In this document: one piece after another, positions 59,039-64,000 of the stretch
Numbering within the stretch: the stretch's first letter is position 1
Layout: each line of letters starts with the position of its first letter
The notes under the pieces: generated by a model
Database searches by the model: none
What the model was told of the DNA's origin: nothing
Seen by the model: the letters and a program-made list of their open reading frames with translations, nothing else
Source of the DNA: Macrostomum hystrix
Taxonomy: Eukaryota; Animalia; Platyhelminthes
Direction: 5' to 3'
DNA length: 64,000 nucleotides
Assembly: GCA_950097015.1 (NCBI GenBank)
Contig: CATNEN010000025.1
Coordinates: forward strand, 8,432,001 to 8,496,000
Made by a program: the position numbers and the translations under genes

Positions 59039-62000
59039 ATTCTGTCTACCTGTATGTCTGTCATTCTGTCTGTCTGTCACTCTGTCTGTCTGTCATCTTG
59101 TCTGTCTATTATTGTGTCATTCTGTCTACCTTTATGTCTGTCACTCTATCTGTCTGTCATTTTGTCATTCTGTCATTCTGTCTACCTGTATGTCTGTCAT
59201 TCTGTCCGTCTGTCACTCTGTCTGTCTGTCATTCTGTCTACCTGTATGTCTGTCATTCAGTCTGTCAGCCATTCTGTCATTCTGTCTACCTGTATTTCTG
59301 TCATTCTGTCTGTCTGTCATTCTGTCTGCCTGTCACTCTGTCTGTCTGTCATTCTGTTATTCTGTCATTCTGTCTACCTGTATGTCTGTCATTCTGTCTG
59401 TCTGTCACTCTGTCTGTCTGTCACTCTGTCATCCTGTCTGTCTATTATTGTGTTATTCTGTCATTCCGTATGTTTTTCTTTGTCTCGTTCTGTCATACTG
59501 TCATTCTGTCTGTCTGACATTCTGTTTGCCTGTCATACTGTCATTCTGTCTGTCTGACATTCTGTTTGCCTGTCATCGTGTCATTCTGTCTGTCTGTCAT
59601 TACATCAATCTGTCTAAATTTATTAATGGCGCTGTCACATCGTGTTATGCGTCAGATTTTTCTAAAAAGTCTCACTGAGCAGCAAGATAAACTGACCCGA
59701 TTGTGACAGGGGGACAGTTGAGAACAGTTAACTCGAGGCCTAAGTTGAGTTTGACTCAGTCACAGTTCAATGCGTTTAGACAGAACTCCAGTGCAACACA
59801 ATGCGAGAGTATTAAATTACTAAATCTGTTGAGCTGCTCATTGTGTTAAAACTGAAAAATTAACCAAATTCAGCCGCAGTTTTCGGGTCAGAGAATATGT
59901 GACAGCATCGATAAACAAAAAACTGGATTTATCTGGTTCTGTTAGACCACTTTGTATGCTCGTATCTTGATTGTCATCTGAAAACAAGGGGAAATTTATA
60001 ACTATCTATCTGTCTAACTATCTATCTACCTATCTATCTACCTATCTATCTACCTATCTATCTACCTATCTATCTACCTATCTATATCCTAGCTTATACG
60101 AAATCCCAAATCCCCCAAAACAATTTTAGGCGCCTCCCCCCTAGCTCTGTGGGATATTTGTCCCCTATTCAAAGGCGTGGGGTGGGGCATGATCATCATT
60201 AGCGGCTTGGTGTGCATCTACTACAACATCATCCTGACGTGGGTGATCTACTACCTGGTGCTGAGTTTCGCTGCCAGGGTGCCATGGGACTCGTGCGACA
60301 ACCAGTGGAACACCTGCAACTGCACCGAGACTAAACTGGAAGAGCATTTGAAGAATCTCACCGAGACTCTGATGCCGAACTTCACCTGGCCATCCAACCC
60401 ACGGTGCAATACCACCACACCGCTGCATATCAACTACAGCCAGACATCTTCCAACGAATTCTGGAGGTACAACGTGCTCAGGCAGTCCAGCGGTATTGAC
60501 CAGTTGGGAGAGGTGCATTGGGGACTGCTCATTGCTCTGGCAGCGGCTTGGCTGCTCATCTTTGCGTGCCTGTTCAAAGGTGAGTCATCGTGTCCTTATC
60601 CTCTCATTTTATCCCATACCAATCTCATTTGGCAAAATTTACCAATCCAAAGCTCCAAAGCAAAATTGCCGTATACAAAGACCGAATTTAAGGATCGCAT
60701 GGCAAATCATGCCACTCCACATATCCCGCTGCAGAGATAACGCTTCCAAAATCCCAAAACAAAAATCCTTATCAAAAATACGAACGCAAAGATTAGAACA
60801 ACAAAGATCCCACAACAAAGATCCCACACCAAAGATCCTTCACCAAAGATCCTAAACCAAAGATCCTTCACCAAAGATCCCACATTAAAGGTCCTACATC
60901 AGAGATCCCACACCAAAGATCCCACACCAAAGATCCCACACCAAAGATCCCACTGCAAAGATCCCACTGCAAAGATCCCACTGCAAAGATCCCACATTAA
61001 AGGTCCTACATCAGAGATCCCACACCAAAGATCCCACACCAAAGATCCCACTGCAAAGATCCCACTGCAAAGATCCCACTGCAAAGATCCCACTGCAAAG
61101 ATCCCACTGCAAAGATCACACTCCAAAGATCCCACACCAAATGTCCCACAGTAAAGATCCTACATCAGAGATCCCACAGAAAAGATCCCACACTAAAGAT
61201 CCCACACCAAAGATCCCACACTAAAGATCCCACACCAAAGATCCCACACCAAAGATCCCACACTAAAGATCCCACACCAAATGTTCCACATTAAAGATCT
61301 TAAATCAGAGATCCCACACCAAAGATCCCACATCAAAGATCCCGCACCAAAGATCCCACTCCAGAGATACCCAAAGCACCCATCTCATTATGAGTGGTAT
61401 CAAAGAGGCTAATCAATATCCCTAATCGGTCATGCACTGCCAGGTGTGAAGTCGGTAGGCAAGGTGGTGTACTTCACAGCCACATCGCCGTATGTATTTC
61501 TGGCCATCCTGCTAGTCCGCAACTGCATGTTGCCTGGCAGCTGGGAGGGCATTCGCTTCTACATCACCCCGGTGTGGAGCAAGCTGAAGAATTTGGAAAT
61601 TTGGCACGAAGCCGCTCTGCAGGTGTTCTTCGCCCTCGGCCCAGCCTGGGGCGGCCTCATCACAATGGCCAGTTTTAATAAGTTCAAAAACAATTGCTAC
61701 CGAGACGCTATCATTGTGCCGATAGTGAATTGTCTGACTTCAATATTTGGCGGATTCGTCATCTTTGCCGTTGTCGGCTTCATGGCGTTCAAGACTGGCA
61801 AAGAAGTGAAGGACGTTGTGGACAAGGGTGAGTCACTGCAGACTGTGAGGGTCCATTGCAAACTTATGAAAGCCGATAGGTTGAAGTTGTCAGAGAAGTA
61901 GACAGAAAAGTAGACAGTCGGAAGAATAGTCAGAAAGGTAGACACTCCAAAAATTAAATAGAATGGCAGACAGTTTGGTAGGTAGACAGTTAAAAAAGTA

Positions 62001-63857
62001 GTCGCAAAAGTAGACAGTTAGAAAAAGGTAGTCTGAAAAGTAGACAGTTAGAAAAAGGTAGTCTGAAAAGTAGACAGTTAGAAAAAAGTAGTCGGAAAAG
62101 TAGACAGTTAGACAAAGGTAGTCTGAAAAGTAGACAGTTAGAAAAAGGTAGTCTGAAAAGTAGACAGTTAGACAAAGGTAGTCTGAAAAGTAGACAGTTA
62201 GAAAAAGGTAGTCTGAAAAGTAGACAGTTAGAAAAGGGTAGTCTGAAAAGTAGACACTTAGAAAAAGGTAGTCTGAAAAGTAGACAGTTATAAAAAGGTA
62301 GTCTGAAAAGTAGACAGTTAGACAAAGGTAGTCGGAAAAGTAGACAGTTAGAAAAAGGTAGTCTGAAAAGTAGACAGTTACAAAAAGGTAGTCGGAAAAG
62401 TAGACAGTTAGAAAAAAGTAGTCTGAAAAGTAGACAGTTACAAAAAGGTAGTCGGAAAAGTAGGTAGTTAGAAAAAGGTAGTCGGAATGGTAGGCTGTTG
62501 AAAAAAGCATTCAGCAAGGTAGACAGTTTAAAATGGTAGGCGGATAGGTAGGCAGTTAAAAGAAGGTAGTCGGGAAAGGTAGGCAGTTGAAAGAAGGCAG
62601 TCGGAAAGGTAGAACAGAAGCCATTGAGTTCATCAGACTCTCCCACTTGTACCCCGGCAGGCCCTGGCCTGGTGTTCGTGGCCTACCCGGAGGCGATCGC
62701 TCAGATGCCGGTGGCTCCTCTGTGGGCAATTCTATTCTTCCTCATGCTGATCACCATCGGTTTGGACTCTCAGTTTGGAATGTTTGAGACGATGACGTCA
62801 TCGTTTGTGGACGAGTTTCCCCGGTATCTGCGCAAGTACAAGACGCCGTTTGTTGGCCTGATGTGCCTGCTGGAGTTCCTGCTGGGCCTGCCGCTAATCA
62901 CGCGGGGTGGAATCTATATATTCACCATATTCGACTGGTTCATCGGTGCGTGCTCCATGTACTCAAACTCGAATCCCATGTACTCAAACTCGAATTCTAT
63001 GTTCTCAAACTCAAATTCTATGTTCTCAAACTCGAATCCCATGAATTCAAACTCGAATTCCATGAATTCAAACTCGAATCCCATGTACTCAAACTCGAAT
63101 CCTATGTTCTCAAACTCGAATCCATGTTCTCAAACTCAAATTCTATGTTCTCAAACTCGAATCCCATGAATTCAAACTCGAATTCCATGAATTCAAACTC
63201 GAATCCTAAATACTCAAACTCGAATCCCATGTTCTTAAACTCAAATCCCATATTCTCAAACTCGAATCCCATGTTCTTAAACTCAAATCCCATATTCTCA
63301 AACTCGAATCCCATGTTCTCAAACTCGAGTCCTGTGTTCTCAAACTCGAATCCCATGAATTCAAACTAGAATCCTATGTTCTGAAACAGTTGACGACACA
63401 ACTTCAGTGGCACGAATCAAAAAAAAATTTTTTTTTAGAACATTTTCATCAGAATTCGGTATAATTGAGTTCCTTCTACTCTACTCTACTTATAGTAGAA
63501 CAGTCAGAAAATACGAGTAGCTACAAATTTGTACCTAATATTTGCGCAGGCACGTTCGCATTGTGCATCATCGCCCTATTCGAGCTGATTGTGATCTGCT
63601 ACGTGTACGGCATCCACCGGTTCAGGGCCGACATCGAGCTGATGCTGGGCTACAAGCCCGGCCACTACTGGACGGTGATGTGGTGCGGCGTGACGCCACT
63701 GGCTCTGGTTCTGATTTTAATCTCCATCGCCATCAACTTCACCAATCCCGTGCTTGAGAACTACAAGTTCCCATTGGGCTCAATTATATTCGGCTGGCTG
63801 ATTGGCTCCATCAGCATCTTGGTTATTCCCATTGTGGCCATCTACAGGATTCACAAG
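55648..63857 (+). CDS. SLC6: SLC6 Na+/Cl- neurotransmitter/amino-acid transporter (GlyT/PROT-like), 3' end beyond the window; exons 55648-55662 (tentative), 56278-56504, 58433-58551, 60130-60579, 61444-61827, 62661-62945, 63550-63857
   Basis: [24 protein letters not shown]|[17 protein letters not shown]...[15 protein letters not shown]|[18 protein letters not shown]...IYYNIILTW...CLFK|[17 protein letters not shown]...[20 protein letters not shown]...|[36 protein letters not shown]. All junction phases are consistent. Gly at the TM1 substrate position indicates the amino-acid type, not the monoamine type. Confidence 0.93.
56548..58410. repeat. Minisatellite, 31/35-bp unit GACAGGCTAGATCAGACAGACAGACACCAGA, fills SLC6 intron 2
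   Basis: Direct tandem copies. Confidence 0.97.
58665..59600. repeat. Complex (TCTG)n-derived repeat in SLC6 intron 3
   Basis: TCTGTCTGTCATTCTG/TCACTCTG mosaics. Confidence 0.93.
60003..60085. repeat. (ATCT)n/(ATCTATCTACCT)n microsatellite
   Basis: Visible tract. Confidence 0.9.
60800..61370. repeat. Minisatellite, 14-bp unit AAAGATCCCACACC
   Basis: Tandem copies in SLC6 intron 4. Confidence 0.93.
61890..62610. repeat. Minisatellite, 30-bp unit AAAAGTAGACAGTTAGAAAAAGGTAGTCTG
   Basis: Tandem copies in SLC6 intron 5. Confidence 0.94.
62957..63385. repeat. Minisatellite, 21-bp unit TACTCAAACTCGAATCCCATG
   Basis: Tandem copies starting about 10 nt after the exon 6 donor of SLC6. Confidence 0.94.
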
Positions 63858-64000
63858 GTAGGCGAGATTGGGACATTGGGTTAATGACAGGGAGACAGAC
63901 TGCAGGGATTCGGATTAGGGATTAGGAAAACACGCTTGACTTAATTATTTTTGGGAATTTCAAAGGAAATTTTAGGCGAGGTTGTTAGTGACACTATAAA

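Noticed and set aside
58593-59678. Three overlapping about 300-360 aa ORFs
   Set aside because: (TCTG)n-derived intronic repeat.
63905-63930. Telomere-like GGATTAGGGATTAGG
   Set aside because: Too short and imperfect to call an interstitial telomere.
1-64000. Spliced-leader RNA gene, rRNA, or autonomous transposase/reverse transcriptase ORF
   Set aside because: Looked for but not recognised. Decayed fragments cannot be excluded without a profile search.

Overview
Eukaryotic (animal) genomic DNA with GC-rich, CAG-repeat-bearing exons separated by AT-rich spacers and about 30 different minisatellite arrays. My rough sum of array lengths is about 27 kb, or about 40% of the window. This architecture suggests a flatworm such as Macrostomum; that is an inference. 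Six protein-coding genes could be reconstructed by hand with phase-consistent GT-AG junctions: the 3' part of a p38-type MAPK (+); a FRMD4-type FERM/CUPID scaffold (+, 12 exons plus 2 probable alternative 3' exons); an Lhx2/9 (apterous-type) LIM-homeobox gene (-); an OXR1/NCOA7-type LysM-TLDc gene (-); a divergent TRPV-like channel with a frame break (+); and an SLC6 amino-acid-type transporter running off the right edge (+). At least three tRNA-derived SINE families are present, one with a CORE/MIR-like central domain. Almost all long ORFs in the supplied track that are not listed as genes are minisatellite artefacts. No CRISPR, rRNA or intact tRNA gene was found. The most unusual signals are: inverted minisatellite arrays bracketing single exons (Lhx2/9 exon 1, SLC6 exon 3); intronic arrays whose units carry AG|GT splice-junction motifs on the sense strand; Na1-site substitutions in the SLC6; and a hidden alternative C-terminus for FRMD4.
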